A stretch of 64,000 nt of DNA from Vicinamibacteria bacterium (GCA_963578825.1 CAUZDW010000003.1:88100-152099); one strand, 5' to 3'; positions 1 to 9,940 are shown, counted from the first letter of the stretch. Notes: a model not told the origin generated them from the sequence alone. Program-made: numbers and translations.

Positions 1-1
1 G

Positions 2-220
2 CTCGAGGTGCGGATCGACGACGACGGCCCCGGCCTCTCGCCTGATCACCCCGCTGAGGTGCAGCCTTTTTTCACCACCAAGGCCGGTGGGCTCGGCCTG
101 GGCTTGCCCCTGGCCCGCAAGATCCTGCTCCTCCACGGGGGAGCTCTGGCCCTCGAGGACCGGACCCCCCGGGGGGTCTCGGCACGGGTGGTGCTGCCGC
201 TCGGAGGACCGGTGGACTGA
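2..220 (+). CDS. Sensor histidine kinase, C-terminal HATPase fragment (5' end outside window); possibly PilS-like
   Basis: DDGPG (G1 box), PFFTTK (F box), GLGLGL (G2 box), HGG motif. Confidence 0.9.
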   Translation, partial: LEVRIDDDGPGLSPDHPAEVQPFFTTKAGGLGLGLPLARKILLLHGGALALEDRTPRGVSARVVLPLGGPVD

Positions 221-306
221 CCGAAACGTTACGAATTGTAGCACTCATTCGCGAGGATCGCAAACGTTGTCAAGGAATAATTCGTTGAAAATAAAGCGTT
301 TATCGA

Positions 307-335
307 AATCAGCCGATTGAGGTACGCGCTTTGCT
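307..335 (+). promoter_or_regulatory. Sigma-54 (-24/-12) promoter with adjacent IHF-like site
   Basis: GG-TACGCGCTTT-GC at 321-334 (GG-N10-GC, ending TTGCT). AATCAGCCGATTG at 307-319 fits WATCAR-N4-TTR. AT-rich intergenic region. Confidence 0.65.
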
Positions 336-349
336 AAGAAGGGAGTGTG

Positions 350-979
350 ATGGACACCGAAGCGTCGAAGCGATGTCGCCAAACCGGGTTCAGCCTGGTC
401 GAGATGCTGGTCGTGGTGTTGATTGTCGTGATCATGGCGGCCGTGGCCCTGCCGAACATCTCTCAATACCTCAAAACCTACACCATCCGCGGAGGCTCCC
501 AGACCTTCGCCGGTGTGATGCAGTCGGCACGCAGCAAGGGCATCATGTCGAACACCAACGCGGGCGTGTCCTTCGTGGTCGTCGACCGCGACAGCTACCG
601 CTGGGTCATGGAGGATCTCCCGACCCTTGCCGAGCAGCTGGGGCCGCTCCACGATCTGCCCACCGGGGTCGAGTTCGAGCCCACCACCGTCTTGAACTCC
701 GGGCCGTCCGTCCGCTTCAACCGGCTGGGCAGCTTCTGCAATCCCGGGGACGCCCCGAGCGGTTGCGCCACGGCGGCGGCGGCCGTCTGCACCGCGCCGG
801 AGCTGCTGGCCGGCGGCCGGTGCGCCTACGGGACGGGCCTCAACTTCGTCGAGCCCCTGGCAGCACCCTCGGGCGCCATCGAGATCACGCTGCACGAGAG
901 GCAGACCGAGCTCAGGACGACGGTGCGCCTCGTCCCCGGCGGGCGGGTGTACCAGAACCCGGGATGGGAGACACCATGA
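350..979 (+). CDS. Type IV minor pilin, FimT/FimU/GspH-like
   Basis: Class III signal G|FSLVE followed by hydrophobic helix; first gene of the minor pilin operon. Confidence 0.85.
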   Translation: MDTEASKRCRQTGFSLVEMLVVVLIVVIMAAVALPNISQYLKTYTIRGGSQTFAGVMQSARSKGIMSNTNAGVSFVVVDRDSYRWVMEDLPTLAEQLGPLHDLPTGVEFEPTTVLNSGPSVRFNRLGSFCNPGDAPSGCATAAAAVCTAPELLAGGRCAYGTGLNFVEPLAAPSGAIEITLHERQTELRTTVRLVPGGRVYQNPGWETP

Positions 980-1488
980 AGACACCGATCCGTGAGTTTC
1001 AGCTTGACACGGGCGAGACCGGCTTCACGCTGATCGAGGCCCTCGTGGCCATGGTCGTGCTCAGCTTCGGCCTGATGGCGGTGACCAACCTGATGCTCGT
1101 CGCGGCCAGCTCGAACACGGTGGCGAACCAGGGGACGGCGGCCGTCACGTCATCCACACGGGTGATGGACATGGTCAAGGCCACCACATACGCCAACCTG
1201 ACCCCTGGCGGCATCGCCTGGGAGACGGCGCCCGGAGGCGGAAAAGACTGCAACGACGCGACCCTGGTCGTGACCGACTTGCATTGCGACGAGTTCATCC
1301 CGGGCGTCGGCACCCTCCACACACACTGGTGGATCACCGCGACCCCCGACCCGCGCCTGCTCCACGTGCGCGTGCGTTCGGAGGGCGTCGGAGCCCTCGC
1401 GGGTGCCCGATCCCGGTCCGAGTTCACCACGTTCCGCTCCTGCACCAACTCCGACCCGGCCACGGGCGGATGCCCGGACGCACCATGA
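976..1488 (+). CDS. pilV: Type IV minor pilin, PilV-like
   Basis: G|FTLIEALVAMVVLSFGLM; ATGA overlap with upstream gene; position in operon. Confidence 0.8.
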   Translation: MKTPIREFQLDTGETGFTLIEALVAMVVLSFGLMAVTNLMLVAASSNTVANQGTAAVTSSTRVMDMVKATTYANLTPGGIAWETAPGGGKDCNDATLVVTDLHCDEFIPGVGTLHTHWWITATPDPRLLHVRVRSEGVGALAGARSRSEFTTFRSCTNSDPATGGCPDAP

Positions 1489-2648
1489 TGAAGAAGCGCG
1501 GGGAGAGAAACGTCATGCGCAGAGACAGCGGCTTCAGCATGGTCGAGCTGATGATCGCGATGACCTGTACGCTCATCATCAGCGCGGCCATCTACGGCCT
1601 CCTCACCGCCGGCAGCACCGCCTTCCGGCGCGAGCCGGAGATGGCGGACCGCCAGCAGAACATCCGCATGGCCATGGATCTCATCGCCAGGGACGTGTTC
1701 GGCGCGGGGGCCGCACTGCCGACGTACGCCCAGGTCTTCAGCCGCGTCGATCCCGCCGGCCTGGGAAGCTGTACGGGGGCACAGGGCTTGAACGGCTGTG
1801 GCCCCGCGGGCTCGCTCGGAGCCACGATCGCCGCGGCCCGAGCGCCCGGGGACGGCGGCGACACCCTGACCACCACCGACACCATCGAGATCGTCAGTAC
1901 CGACGAGACCTGTCCGATGAAGACGGTCTGCAGCCAATTGCCCGTGGCGGGCAACGCGGGGCTCTTCGTCCTCCGAACTCCCGTCCCGGCCTGCGCCGCC
2001 GGGCCCGGCCTGGTCATGATGACCGACGGTCAGAGCTTCACGATGCAGGCGGCGCTGAGCGGCGGCGTTCCCAACAACGCGTGCCCGAGCGGTGGCGACT
2101 CCACACAGAACGGCAACATCAACCTGAGCGCCGTCCTCCAGCCCTGGGTGCCGACGCCGCCCATGGCCGCCCCATCGCAGCTGGTGCCGCCGAACCTGCC
2201 GGTCGTTTTCTTCTACGGAGCGCAAGTGGTGCGCTACCAGATCGCACCGAGCAACGATCCGCTCGATCCGGGTCCGGCCCTCTGGCGCAGCCGCTCGGGA
2301 CGCTACAGCGTGCAGGACGGCACCGCCAGGATCGCGCCCGACGGCAACCCCCTTCCGGCAGGGTCGCCCTGGCAGCTCGTGGCCCGGGGCATCGAGGACG
2401 TTCAGATCGAGTACATGGCGGGCGACCTGTTGTGGCGCAACCGCCCCCCGACGTCGGTGATCAACGACTGGACCACCCTCGTCCGCCAGGTGCGCATCAC
2501 GCTGTCGGCTCGCGCGAGCGGGGTGCTCCTTCAGGGGGCGACCACCGCGGGCGGGACCGGCCCGGACGCGATCCGCGGGCAGCTCGTCACCGTGGTGGCG
2601 CCGCGCGCCGCCTTCAATGAGTTGCAGATGGGCAGTCAGATCCAGTGA
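1485..2648 (+). CDS. pilW: Type IV minor pilin, PilW-like
   Basis: G|FSMVELMIAM; QQNIRMAMDLIARD; C-terminal VARGIEDVQIEY and VRQVRITL typical of PilW; ATGA overlap. Confidence 0.85.
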   Translation: MMKKRGERNVMRRDSGFSMVELMIAMTCTLIISAAIYGLLTAGSTAFRREPEMADRQQNIRMAMDLIARDVFGAGAALPTYAQVFSRVDPAGLGSCTGAQGLNGCGPAGSLGATIAAARAPGDGGDTLTTTDTIEIVSTDETCPMKTVCSQLPVAGNAGLFVLRTPVPACAAGPGLVMMTDGQSFTMQAALSGGVPNNACPSGGDSTQNGNINLSAVLQPWVPTPPMAAPSQLVPPNLPVVFFYGAQVVRYQIAPSNDPLDPGPALWRSRSGRYSVQDGTARIAPDGNPLPAGSPWQLVARGIEDVQIEYMAGDLLWRNRPPTSVINDWTTLVRQVRITLSARASGVLLQGATTAGGTGPDAIRGQLVTVVAPRAAFNELQMGSQIQ

Positions 2649-3466
2649 GAGGCAAAGTGATGACCAGCAGACAGAACCGAGTCGGACCGCGGGCCGGGGA
2701 ACGAGGCTTTGCCCTCGTGCTGGCCATCCTCTCCCTCATGCTCCTGACGCTCCTCGGCTTGACTCTGGCCACCACCACGTCGATCGAGCTTCAGATCGCG
2801 ACGAACTACCGCTGGAGCCAGCAGGCCCTGTACAACGCGGAGGCGGGGCTCGAGGCGGCGCGGATCGTCCTCTCCAACGTGGCCAACGTCTCGACCGGGT
2901 GGACGACGGAGCTCCCCACACAGCGCACCGCATTCTGGACGGAGGGGACGGCCCCCGGACCTCTGGACAACCCGACCGGACGCGACTTCTACAAGAGCAC
3001 CTGTGACACCCGCGGCGGCGTGGGGTACGGGCGGGTTGTCGATGACGGCGTCATTCGCTACGAGGATGTCTCCAGCTTCTCGGGAGAGACCCTCAACGGC
3101 GCGTTCTCGATCTGGATACGGCGCGGCCTCCTGGTGGACAACGCGGGTCAGTTCACGGACTCGGATCGCAACGACGTGCTGATCATCGTGGCCGAGGGCC
3201 GGGCTCCCTTCTCCGGGGCCGGGGACGCCTTCACCCGGTCCCGTCAGGCGGTCCGAGTCCTCGAGACGAGCTTCAGCCTGGGCCTCGCCACGGTAGGCAG
3301 TCCCTGCCTCGGGAGCCAGCAGGGCCAGGAGGGCATGTCGCCCACCGGCGAGAACTTCAACCCCTGCGCCCCGATCACCGCCGGCGCCGGCGGCAGCCTC
3401 GAGAACGCGTTCGGGACGGCCGGTTCGGGGTCAACAGGAGCCCTCACCTCCACCCGTGTGGAGTAG
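2645..3466 (+). CDS. pilX: Type IV minor pilin, PilX-like (start may be 2660)
   Basis: G|FALVL lacking Glu5; ALYNAEAGLE PilX N-terminal motif. Confidence 0.85.
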   Translation: MRGKVMTSRQNRVGPRAGERGFALVLAILSLMLLTLLGLTLATTTSIELQIATNYRWSQQALYNAEAGLEAARIVLSNVANVSTGWTTELPTQRTAFWTEGTAPGPLDNPTGRDFYKSTCDTRGGVGYGRVVDDGVIRYEDVSSFSGETLNGAFSIWIRRGLLVDNAGQFTDSDRNDVLIIVAEGRAPFSGAGDAFTRSRQAVRVLETSFSLGLATVGSPCLGSQQGQEGMSPTGENFNPCAPITAGAGGSLENAFGTAGSGSTGALTSTRVE

Positions 3467-3527
3467 AGGTCGTCATGTCAGGCAAGCGTTCGTGGGTGAC
3501 GGTACGGACCGGAAGGAAGGGATAGTC

Positions 3528-6500
3528 ATGATTAGGCGTGGAATCGGGCTCGGCAGCCGGCTGGCGGCGGTGGCCTTCGCGATGGCTCTCGTGTTGAGCC
3601 TGGCCGGGGACCGCGGACGGGCGGCGACGGTGCCAGCGATCATCAACGGTCAGGACCCGCTCGAGGTCCTCTCACTCAAGGTCCGCCCCAACATCATCAT
3701 CGTGCTCGACAGCTCGGGATCCATGACGAGGACTCTGGACGAGGGCCGCCTCACAAACGGCGACAACCCCCGGGCCGGCGACCATCCCCGCTCGAAGATG
3801 CTCCAGGCCAAGCAGGTCTTGCGCCAGGTGATCGCCAACAACGAAGACAAGGCCAGCTTCCAGTACGGCCAGTACACCCAGTACAACATCAGCATGAGCT
3901 ACCAGAACGCAGGGGACAACCGCTTCCAGTACGTCGCCGACGAGCGGGACTTCCCTTCGATGCAGACCGGCACGGAGCTGACGGTGCGGCGAGGCGTCAA
4001 CGACTCCAGCACCAGCAACCGCGGGCTCCAGTCGTGGCAGCTGATCTTCGACCAGTGGAAGACGCTCCACTTCGAGGAAATCGGAGGGTCGGTCTGCTCG
4101 GCCACCCTGCCTGGGCCCTTCCCGAAGGGCTACGCGGACGGCGCGGTCCTGGCGCAGGACCTCGAGAACGCGATGAACACCTCGTCGGGCGCGTTCTTCT
4201 GCTCCAACACCTACACGGTGTCCTACAACACCGGCAGCGGCCGGTTCTCGTTCTCGGCGACCGGTCCCTTCAACTTCCGGCTCCTGCCCAACGCCACACC
4301 CAACAACATCGAAGAGGCCCTCGGAGGTCTTCCGACGAGCACCGCGTCGTCGGGGGGAGGGGGCGGATCGGTGGTGGTGGACTGGTGGTTTCTGCGCCTG
4401 AGGCGGAACATGTACCGGCGGGTCTACACGAACGGCCCTCACGGCCTTTCTGTGGGCGATACCTGCACCATCAGCGGCGTTCCTAACTCGCCCTACGGGG
4501 CCCCGAGCGGGTTCTGGAATGGCACGTGGAGCGTGACTCAGATCGATAACTCGACGCGCTTCCGCCTCAGTGGCTCGACCAGTCATTGGAGCTTCTGGGT
4601 CTTCCGGCCCCCGTCGACGGGGACCGTCGCGTGCACGACCTCGGGCGGCGGCACCGGCACCGGGACCTTGCAGTCCGGGAGCCCCTACACGCTCCTCTAC
4701 CGTCAGACTGGCTACGCCGACTCGAACAACAGCCTGGACACCAAGTGGACGTTCGCGGAGGAGATCCCCTCGGGCAGCGGCACCACGGTGGAGTTCTTCC
4801 AGCTCCGAGCCGGGCGCTTCTTCAACGGCGAGGTGGTCCGCGTGGAGGCCGACGGGGACATCTGTGACATCACCCTCCCGACCGCGGCCGAGAAGACCAA
4901 CCCGCCCACGGTCACGCTCCAGCTGGTGGCCAATGGCTGCGGCGCCGACGACCCGGCCAACCGCGTGACGTTCAGCTTCGCGGGCGGGCGGTTCAGCGGC
5001 AACTTCGTCGGCTGCAGGGGCTTCCGCTCCAAGTCGGACCTCATCCCCTGCGACCTGCAGTCGCCCCCGGCCCCGACCCAGCTCACGATGATCGGTCCGT
5101 ACATCGACAACGAGCTGCCCCTCGACGCCAACGGCGACCCGGCCGACTGGGACGGCGACGGCAATGTGGACTATGTCGAGCGCATGGACGGTTCGTGGGC
5201 GGTGCAGACGATCAACGTCTCGCCCAGCTCCAAGGCCGCCGGGAACACTCCGATCGCCAACTCTCTCATCGACATCAAGGGCCTGGCGGATGGGTCGGGC
5301 GCCTGCATCATCAACCCGCCACCCGCCCCGGGCACCTTCGACCGTGTCGACGTGCCCGGCATCGTCGGGGCCTGCGTCGAGCGCGGCTTTGCGAAGCTCT
5401 GGAACACCGGCCAGGCGGGGGCCACCACCCAGGCCGGTCCCGCGCCGTGGCAGCTCGACCCCATCAAGAACCACCTCGACCCCAAGGAGAAGACCATCGT
5501 CCTGTTCGTCACGGACGGTGACGACACCTGTTACCGGCGGCAGAACGGCGGCTGGGGCTGGGCAAACAACAACGCCCTCCGGGCGGCCTACTGGGCTGAG
5601 CAGCTCTATCGGCCGATCAACGCCGTGGAGCCGGCGTCGTCGGTGCAGACCTACGTCATCGGGTACGGCGGTGGCGCCACCGGCCAGCGGCTCAACTGGA
5701 TCGCGTGGGGAGGCAGCGGCCTCGGCCAGGGCAACGTGGGCCAGCCGGCCATCGCCGACAACGGGAACCAATGGACCGAAGGGACCACGTCCATCGCCAA
5801 CAAGCGAGCCCAGTGCACGACCTGCGAAGACGCCTTCATCGCCCCCGACGCCGCCACGCTGGCGGCCACGATTCAGGGCATCATCGACCAGGGCGCGTCG
5901 TCAGGTGAGTTCAGTGCCCAGCAGTCGATCACGGAGTCGATCTTCGAGTACGTCGACCTGGCCTCGAACCCGCCCGACACCTTCGATCCCCGCGATCCGA
6001 ACACCCGCTACCTGGCGATCGTGCCCACCCGGATCATCTCGAGCTTCACGCTCCCCGGCTTCCGTGGGCAGGTCAAGGCGTACCAGAACGACGGGTTCGG
6101 GAACGCGGTGCTGAAGTGGAGCGCCGGAGACACGCTCCAGCAGCTCGTCTCGAACGGGATGGCAAACTCCACTAGTCCCAATTTCTGCGACGTCAACGGC
6201 ACCACCGGTGCCCTCCTGGGCGAGTGCTCCTTCAACCAGCTCCACGGCTCCAGCGCTCTTTCCGCCGCCGCCATTCAGCGGCGGATCTACACCACGAGCC
6301 GAAACGGCGTCTACACCTTCGACGCCGCCAACCTCGAGGCTTATGGCCGCGGCGCATGGACGCCACCGGAACGCGTCACGCTCTGGCCGCCGACCTCGGC
6401 CATAATCCCGGGGAACTACACGAACGAGGGCATTCTCGACGAGGCGCTCGGCCTTCCCCTCGACTCGACCGCGGACCCCGCTGGCGACTTCACGACGCTC

Positions 6501-8675
6501 CAGAACGCGTACGGAGCCTGCGTCGGCGCCGATCGGCCCGCCGGGTGCACGAGCGGGACCGCGTCTGTACGGATGAAGGCGGCTCGCCGCGAGGCCCGGG
6601 AGATGATCCTGGCCTTCATGGCAGGGGCTGCGTCGGCACTCGACTCGACCGGCGGCCCCAAGCGAGCCTCCGGCAGTTCTGGCCCCGTGTCCAACGGAGA
6701 TATCCTCTATGTGGCTCGCCCGTGGGTGCTCGGTGATTCGGAGTTCGCCACGGCCGCCATCGTGACACAGCCGTTGCCGTCGGAGCCGCTGGCGACACCC
6801 TGGGTGGGCGAGTACCAGCTCTTCCGGGATGGCGATGGCGCTGTTCGCTCGAACTCCGACGGGATGCTCCGGCAGGGCTACGGCCTGGCGAACCCCGACT
6901 CCGACGCCACCGGGTCCGGGAACGACCCCCGCAACAACCTGAAGCCGGTGATGACCGTCGTCTACAGTCCCGGCAACGACATGCTCCACGCCTTCCGTGC
7001 CGGCCCGAACGTGAGCCCCAGCACGAGCTGTGACGAGGTAGCCAACCCGACCGACGAGTGCGGGGGGCAGGAGCTGTGGGGCTTCGTCCCGTTCGACCAG
7101 CTCGGGGCCCTCAGCCTGCGCTTCATCAACGAGCCCCAGGGGCGCGACAACCACGTCTTCATGCTGGCCCGCGGGGTCCGCTTCTCCGACGTGTTCGTGG
7201 CCGCCGCCAGGCCGCCGATAAACGTCACCGTCGGCGGCGTGACCCACCCGGTCAACGGTGTCTGGCGACGGATCCTCTACATCCCTCGCGGGATCGGCGG
7301 TAAGTACATCACCGCGCTGGACGTGACCGGCCCGGGCGCCCACACGGCGGCCGCCCTGGCCACCGCGGGTCCGATTCCCCTGTGGAGCCGGGGCAACCCT
7401 GACACCCAGGACGGTACCGCGGGCGGCACCAATAGCGGCACGAGCCTCGACCGGCTGGCGTACAGGGAGATGGGCGAGACCTGGTCGATGCCCTCCGTCG
7501 TGTATCGCGACAAGACGACCAACACCAGCCGGCTCTACAACACCCGGCGCCGCCCCGCCCCTGGAATCGACTACGCGCTCTACATGGGCTCCGGCTACGG
7601 AGCTGCGGGAGAGGGCTCGACGTTCTTTACCCTCGATGCCCTTTCCGGAGACGTCATTGCCGCGGCGGACGTCGAGGCGGTGGCTTCCGCGAACGGGCTC
7701 ACCCGGACCACACTGAGCTACCCCAACGCGCTAGTGGCGAACGCCGTCGGCTTCAACCCCGCGGTCTTCAGCCTCCTCCAGACCGTCCATCCCGCCGCCT
7801 CCGCTCCCACTCGCGTCTATATCGGCGACATCCACGGGCGGCTCTGGAAGTTCCTGACCGCCCGTCCGGAGGTGGCGATCCCGGTGGCGGACCTTGGTGA
7901 AGACCAGCCGATCGGGACCGCGGTGTCCCTCCTGGGCATGCCGCCACAACCGGACGTCCCGGTCCCGTTCGTCTACGCTGTCGCTGGCAATGACAGCCGC
8001 GCGGACGAACCCTTCAATATGTTCGGCTTCCGCGACGACGGCACGGACACCCAGATCGCCATCGGCAGCGGAGTCGTCGCCAACGGGGTGACCACCTTCC
8101 CGCCGATGGTGTCCATCCACACCCGGGTCTTTGACCAGGGCACTCCCTTGGCCAGCTGCGGGTACACCGAGGAAGCGGTCTTCCGAGGCACGATCCAGCC
8201 GGCGACGGCCTTCGAGTGCTCGGCCATCGTCACCGGCGACTGCCAGAACCCGGTTGGCCGCGTCTTCTTCGGCGGCACCCGGCTCAGCCTGCCCAACACC
8301 GTGTTCGCACCGCCGACGCCACTGGCGTGCGGGACCGGTGACTACCCGTGCCGGTCGTCCTTCGACTCCATCATCTACGCCCTTGGGGCGAAGACCGGCT
8401 TGGCGGCGTACGACCTGAACTCCTCCGGCGACGATGCCTACCGCATCTTCCGCGACAACCGCATCTCCGCGATTGGCATGCAGGCGGATCCGGACCCGGC
8501 GTCAGGTGGGAGCAGCTTCAACACGGACGAGGGTGAGATGAAGGGCACGCCCAAGCCGCCGCCGCCTCCGGGAGTCCCGCCAACAGCGACGACCGCTACG
8601 GCGAACGTCGTGATGGAGCGGGTCCCGGGGCAGGCGCCCCCGTCGGTGCACTACGGCTCCACGGTCTGCCAGTAG
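3528..8675 (+). CDS. pilY1: PilY1/PilC-like type IV pilus tip adhesin with vWA domain
   Basis: Signal peptide; vWA MIDAS DSSGS, GNTPIA, VTDG; C-terminal propeller motifs GNDMLHAF, ELWGFVP, MGETWSMP, YIGDIHGRLW; follows pilX. Confidence 0.85.
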   Translation: MIRRGIGLGSRLAAVAFAMALVLSLAGDRGRAATVPAIINGQDPLEVLSLKVRPNIIIVLDSSGSMTRTLDEGRLTNGDNPRAGDHPRSKMLQAKQVLRQVIANNEDKASFQYGQYTQYNISMSYQNAGDNRFQYVADERDFPSMQTGTELTVRRGVNDSSTSNRGLQSWQLIFDQWKTLHFEEIGGSVCSATLPGPFPKGYADGAVLAQDLENAMNTSSGAFFCSNTYTVSYNTGSGRFSFSATGPFNFRLLPNATPNNIEEALGGLPTSTASSGGGGGSVVVDWWFLRLRRNMYRRVYTNGPHGLSVGDTCTISGVPNSPYGAPSGFWNGTWSVTQIDNSTRFRLSGSTSHWSFWVFRPPSTGTVACTTSGGGTGTGTLQSGSPYTLLYRQTGYADSNNSLDTKWTFAEEIPSGSGTTVEFFQLRAGRFFNGEVVRVEADGDICDITLPTAAEKTNPPTVTLQLVANGCGADDPANRVTFSFAGGRFSGNFVGCRGFRSKSDLIPCDLQSPPAPTQLTMIGPYIDNELPLDANGDPADWDGDGNVDYVERMDGSWAVQTINVSPSSKAAGNTPIANSLIDIKGLADGSGACIINPPPAPGTFDRVDVPGIVGACVERGFAKLWNTGQAGATTQAGPAPWQLDPIKNHLDPKEKTIVLFVTDGDDTCYRRQNGGWGWANNNALRAAYWAEQLYRPINAVEPASSVQTYVIGYGGGATGQRLNWIAWGGSGLGQGNVGQPAIADNGNQWTEGTTSIANKRAQCTTCEDAFIAPDAATLAATIQGIIDQGASSGEFSAQQSITESIFEYVDLASNPPDTFDPRDPNTRYLAIVPTRIISSFTLPGFRGQVKAYQNDGFGNAVLKWSAGDTLQQLVSNGMANSTSPNFCDVNGTTGALLGECSFNQLHGSSALSAAAIQRRIYTTSRNGVYTFDAANLEAYGRGAWTPPERVTLWPPTSAIIPGNYTNEGILDEALGLPLDSTADPAGDFTTLQNAYGACVGADRPAGCTSGTASVRMKAARREAREMILAFMAGAASALDSTGGPKRASGSSGPVSNGDILYVARPWVLGDSEFATAAIVTQPLPSEPLATPWVGEYQLFRDGDGAVRSNSDGMLRQGYGLANPDSDATGSGNDPRNNLKPVMTVVYSPGNDMLHAFRAGPNVSPSTSCDEVANPTDECGGQELWGFVPFDQLGALSLRFINEPQGRDNHVFMLARGVRFSDVFVAAARPPINVTVGGVTHPVNGVWRRILYIPRGIGGKYITALDVTGPGAHTAAALATAGPIPLWSRGNPDTQDGTAGGTNSGTSLDRLAYREMGETWSMPSVVYRDKTTNTSRLYNTRRRPAPGIDYALYMGSGYGAAGEGSTFFTLDALSGDVIAAADVEAVASANGLTRTTLSYPNALVANAVGFNPAVFSLLQTVHPAASAPTRVYIGDIHGRLWKFLTARPEVAIPVADLGEDQPIGTAVSLLGMPPQPDVPVPFVYAVAGNDSRADEPFNMFGFRDDGTDTQIAIGSGVVANGVTTFPPMVSIHTRVFDQGTPLASCGYTEEAVFRGTIQPATAFECSAIVTGDCQNPVGRVFFGGTRLSLPNTVFAPPTPLACGTGDYPCRSSFDSIIYALGAKTGLAAYDLNSSGDDAYRIFRDNRISAIGMQADPDPASGGSSFNTDEGEMKGTPKPPPPPGVPPTATTATANVVMERVPGQAPPSVHYGSTVCQ

Positions 8676-8690
8676 ACCGGGAGTGACGAA

Positions 8691-8725
8691 GAGGGCCCAC
8701 CCCCCGGGGTGGGCCCTCGGTTTTT
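8691..8725 (+). terminator. Rho-independent terminator
   Basis: GAGGGCCCACCC/GGGTGGGCCCTC 12-bp stem followed by GG and a T5 tract. Confidence 0.85.
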
Positions 8726-8815
8726 GAGGCCGTCTGGTTCCTTGCCTATCGTGACTTCAGCCCTACCGCTTGAGACTTCACTTGAGCCTCATCTGGGCGT
8801 ACACTGGAGGACGTA

Positions 8816-9940
8816 ATGGCTGGAGAGGCCGTCCTCTGCCCGTCGTGTGGGACCCGAAACCGCCCCGCCTGGGAGTTCTGCGCTCGGTGCGAGGAGCCCC
8901 TCGAAGGGGCCCTGCTCGCCCCTGACGACGCCACCACCGCCGAGATCAAGGCCAACGCCCTCAAGGTGAAGTTGAGCTCCTTCGAAGTCTCCTCATTGAC
9001 CGGGTCGTCGGTTCTGCTCGTCGCGGTGCTGGCGTTCGGGGTCCTGGGCCTTGTAGCGTACCGGCACGTGTCGACGACGCCGCCGCCAGAGGGCCCGAAC
9101 CCTGACCTCTTCACCCTCGCCACCCGACCGGCCGAGCGCCCGAAGGCCCCACCCAGCACCGCGGCCGGGGTCAGCGATTTTGACGCCGGCCGGCGTCTCC
9201 TCGGCTCCGGCGACGTCCAGGAGGCGATCTCGCCTTTGGCAGCGGCGGTGGCCGCGAACCCCGACGACGCTGCTTTCAGGGGGCACCTCGCGTACGCTCT
9301 CTGGAGGGCCGGCGACGAGGATCGAGCACTCGCGGAGCACGCCGCAGCGGCCCGCCTCGATCCCAACCGTCGGATTCAGTACGCCCGCGCCCTGGATATG
9401 GCTGGGCGCCCCGAAGAGGCGGAGCTTCAGTACGCTTCCATCCTGGCTCGCACCCCCGAGGGGGAGGGAGCCACAGTGCACGAGGATCTGGGAAGGCTCC
9501 TGTTCCGATCCGGCAGATACGCCGAGGCGGCACCCCACCTTGGCCAGGCGGTGGGTGCCCGGGACGACGACCCCGTGCTGAAGCAGGAGCTGGCCTACGC
9601 CCTCGACCAGGAGGGCAACGGTGAAGAGGCCGAGGCTCTCTACAGAGACGTGCTCGAGACCGTTCCCCAGGCCGTCCTGACCCGCAGCCTGCTGGCCGAG
9701 AACCTGTACGAGCGCGGCCAGAAGGAAGGAGCGATGTCCGTCGTGGAGCAGGGCCTGGCGCTGACGCCGGGCTCGCCGGTGCTACACCGGCAGCTGGGCA
9801 GTCTTCTCGAGCGGGAGGGCAAGACCGCCGAGGCCGCCGAGGCGTACCGCGCCTACGCCACGCTCGCCCCGAATGCACCCGATGCTGGAAGCATCGCGGC
9901 ACGGGCAGCGCGCCTCGACTCCGCCGGAGGGACGCGATGA
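8816..9940 (+). CDS. Zinc-ribbon + transmembrane + tetratricopeptide repeat protein
   Basis: CPSCG...FCARC zinc ribbon, one hydrophobic segment, multiple TPR-like helical repeats; GGAGG RBS. Confidence 0.8.
   Translation: MAGEAVLCPSCGTRNRPAWEFCARCEEPLEGALLAPDDATTAEIKANALKVKLSSFEVSSLTGSSVLLVAVLAFGVLGLVAYRHVSTTPPPEGPNPDLFTLATRPAERPKAPPSTAAGVSDFDAGRRLLGSGDVQEAISPLAAAVAANPDDAAFRGHLAYALWRAGDEDRALAEHAAAARLDPNRRIQYARALDMAGRPEEAELQYASILARTPEGEGATVHEDLGRLLFRSGRYAEAAPHLGQAVGARDDDPVLKQELAYALDQEGNGEEAEALYRDVLETVPQAVLTRSLLAENLYERGQKEGAMSVVEQGLALTPGSPVLHRQLGSLLEREGKTAEAAEAYRAYATLAPNAPDAGSIAARAARLDSAGGTR

Noticed and set aside
4371-5580. Diversity-generating retroelement target in pilY1 (aromatic-rich patches)
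   Set aside because: No reverse transcriptase or template repeat in the window; the codons (TGG, CGG, ATG) do not fit AAY-derived mutagenesis
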